From Eledone cirrhosa (lineage: Eukaryota): a stretch of DNA of 64,000 nucleotides. Position numbers and translations under genes: made by a program. Shown here one piece after another: positions 61,405 through 64,000 of this stretch. How positions within the stretch are numbered: the stretch's first letter is position 1; each line of letters opens with the position of its first letter. Location of the stretch: the NCBI GenBank assembly GCA_964016885.1, contig OZ024744.1, positions 9,796,001-9,860,000 of the forward strand. The letters run 5' to 3'. The notes beneath the pieces are model-generated. The model did not search any database. It was not told where the DNA came from and was given only the letters and a program-made list of their open reading frames with translations.

Positions 61405-64000
61405 ATCATCATCATCATCATTTTATGTCCGCTTTTCCTTGCTTGCAAGGGTGGGACTGGAAATGATTTTGGCTTGATTTCTACAGCTGGATGCCCTTCC
61501 TAAGACAAACATCATTTACAGTGTGGGCTAGGTGCTTTTTTGCCGTGACACCTCCAAAATCACTTTACATTGAGGGCTGGGTGCTTATTTGCCGTGACAC
61601 CTCCACGATCACTTTACAGTGAGTGCTGGGTGCTTATTTGCCGTGACACCTCCACGATCACTTTACAGTGAGGGCTGTGTGCTTTTTTGCCGTGGCACCT
61701 CCACGATCACTTTACAGTGTGGGCTGGGTGCTTTTTTGACATGGCACCTCCACGATCACTTTACAGTGTGGGCTGGGTGCTTTTTTGCCATGGCACCTCC
61801 ACGATCACTTTACGGTGAGGGCTGGGTGCTTTTTTGCCTTGGCACCACCACGATCACTTTACAGTGTGGGCTGGGTGCTTTTTTGACGTGACACCTCCAC
61901 GATCACTATACAGTGAGTGCTGGGTGCTTTTTTGCCATGGCACCTCCACGACCACTTTACAGTGAGTGCTGGGTGCTTTTTTGCCTTGGCACCTCCACGA
62001 TCACTTTACAGTGTGGGCTGGGTGCTTTTTTGCCATGGCACCTCCACGACCACTTTACAGTGAGTGCTGGGTGCTTTTTTGCCATGGCACCTCCACGACC
62101 ACTTTACAGTGAGTGCTGGGTGCTTTTTTGCCATGGCACCTCCACGATCACTTTACAGTGAGTGCTGGGTGCTTTTTTGCCATGGCACCTCCATGATCAC
62201 TTTACAGTGTGGGCTTGGTGCTTTTTTGCGTTGGCACCTCCACGATCACTTTACAGTGAGTGCTGGGTGCTTTTTTGCCTTGGCACCTCCACGATCACTT
62301 TACAGTGAGTGCTGGGTGCTTTTTTGCCTTGGCACCTCCACGATCACTTTACAGTGAGTGCTGGGTGCTTTTTTGCCATGGCACCTCCACGACCACTTTA
62401 CAGTGTGGGCTGGGTTCTTTTTTGCCTTGGCACCTCCACGATCACTTTACGGTGAGTGCTGGGTGCTTTTTTGCCATGGCACCTCCACGATCACTTTACA
62501 GTGAGTGCTGGGTGCTTTTTTGCCTTGGCACCTCCACGATCACTTTACAGTGAGTGCTGGGTGCTTTTTTGCCATGGCACCTCCACGATCATTTTACAGT
62601 GAGTGCTGGGTGCTTTTTTGCCATGGCACCTCCACGATCACTTTACAGAGTGGGCTGGGTGCTTTTTTGCCTTGGCACCTCCACGATCACTTTACAGTGT
62701 GGGCTGGGTGCTTTTTTGCCTTTGCATCTCCACGATCACTTTACAGTGTGGGCTGGGTGCTTTTTTGCCATGGCACCTCCACGATCACTTTACAGAGTGG
62801 GCTGGGTGCTTTTTTGCCTTGGCACCTCCACGATCACTTTACAGTGTGGGCTGGGTGCTTTTTTGCCTTGGCATCTCCACGATCACTTTACAGTGTGGGC
62901 TGGGTGCTTTTTTGCCTTGGCATCTCCACGATCACTTTACAGTGTGGTCTGGGTGCTTTTTTGTTTTGGCAGCTCCACGATCACTTTACAGTGAGTGCTG
63001 GGTGCTTTTTTGCCGTGGCACCTCCATGATCACTTTACAGTGAGTGCTGGGTGCTTTTTTGCCTTGGCACCTCCACGATCACTTTACAGTGATTGCTGGG
63101 TGCTTTTTGCCTTGGCACCTCCACGATCACTTTACAGTGTGGGCTGGGTTCTTTTTTGCCTTGGCACCTCCACGATCACTTTACAGTGAGTGCTGGGTGC
63201 TTTTTTGCCTTGGCACCTCCACGATCACTTTACAGTGAGTGCTGGGTGCTTTTTTGCCATGGCACCTCCACGACCACTTTACAGTGTGGGCTGGGTTCTT
63301 TTTTGCCTTGGCACCTCCACGATCACTTTACGGTGAGTGCTGGGTGCTTTTTTGCCATGGCACCTCCACGATCACTTTACAGTGAGTGCTGGGTGCTTTT
63401 TTGCCTTGGCACCTCCACGATCACTTTACAGTGAGTGCTGGGTGCTTTTTTGCCATGGCACCTCCACGATCATTTTACAGTGAGTGCTGGGTGCTTTTTT
63501 GCCATGGCACCTCCACGATCACTTTACAGAGTGGGCTGGGTGCTTTTTTGCCTTGGCACCTCCACGATCACTTTACAGTGTGGGCTGGGTGCTTTTTTGC
63601 CTTTGCATCTCCACGATCACTTTACAGTGTGGGCTGGGTGCTTTTTTGCCATGGCACCTCCACGATCACTTTACAGAGTGGGCTGGGTGCTTTTTTGCCT
63701 TGGCACCTCCACGATCACTTTACAGTGTGGGCTGGGTGCTTTTTTGCCTTGGCATCTCCACGATCACTTTACAGTGTGGGCTGGGTGCTTTTTTGCCTTG
63801 GCATCTCCACGATCACTTTACAGTGTGGTCTGGGTGCTTTTTTGTTTTGGCATCTCCACGATCACTTTACAGTGAGTGCTGGGTGCTTTTTTGCCGTGGC
63901 ACCTCCATGATCACTTTACAGTGAGTGCTGGGTGCTTTTTTGCCTTGGCACCTCCACGATCACTTTACAGTGATTGCTGGGTGCTTTTTGCCTTGGCACC
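61405..64000 (-). repeat. RTE-A-type tail plus homogeneous 49-bp array (~50 copies, runs off the window), with an 881-bp higher-order repeat
   Basis: Unit cactttacagtgagtgctgggtgcttttttgccttggcacctccacgat; near-identical ORFs at 62505 and 63386. Confidence 0.95.

Noticed and set aside
61520-64000. 49-bp arrays (also 50415-53258) as CRISPR arrays or repeat-protein genes
   Set aside because: No unique spacers, no cas genes, eukaryotic context; the unit is not a multiple of 3 and derives from a SINE/LINE UTR.

Overview
Eukaryotic, extremely repeat-rich DNA, most likely intronic sequence of an octopod cephalopod (inferred from recalled Octopus-type tRNA-SINEs and a TTAA/CCCTTTAG MITE; not verified by search). 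Nearly all of the window is mobile DNA or tandem repeat. It holds three RTE-clade LINE families (called A, B, C here; four near-full-length copies, with a C4HC3 PHD-type finger after the RT core in A and C), plus fragments of CR1-group and CRE-type (RLE) LINEs. It also holds two Penelope-like fragments with hammerhead motifs, two tRNA-SINE families, non-autonomous Helitrons, a decayed piggyBac, a mariner remnant, long (TA)n tracts and several minisatellites grown out of element ends. Three small, phase-compatible + strand exons (17977-18060, 40557-40696, 53408-53455) of an unidentified host gene lie among these and are missed by the ORF track. Best second-look items: the PHD finger inside the RTE ORF; a shared 3' cassette exchanged between SINEs and LINEs that also seeds 49-bp satellites; two duplications that start exactly at an RTE tail and carry upstream flank (candidate 5' transductions); and a 127-bp palindrome built from hammerhead halves. 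Coordinates were read by eye, so element ends are approximate unless TSDs or termini are quoted.
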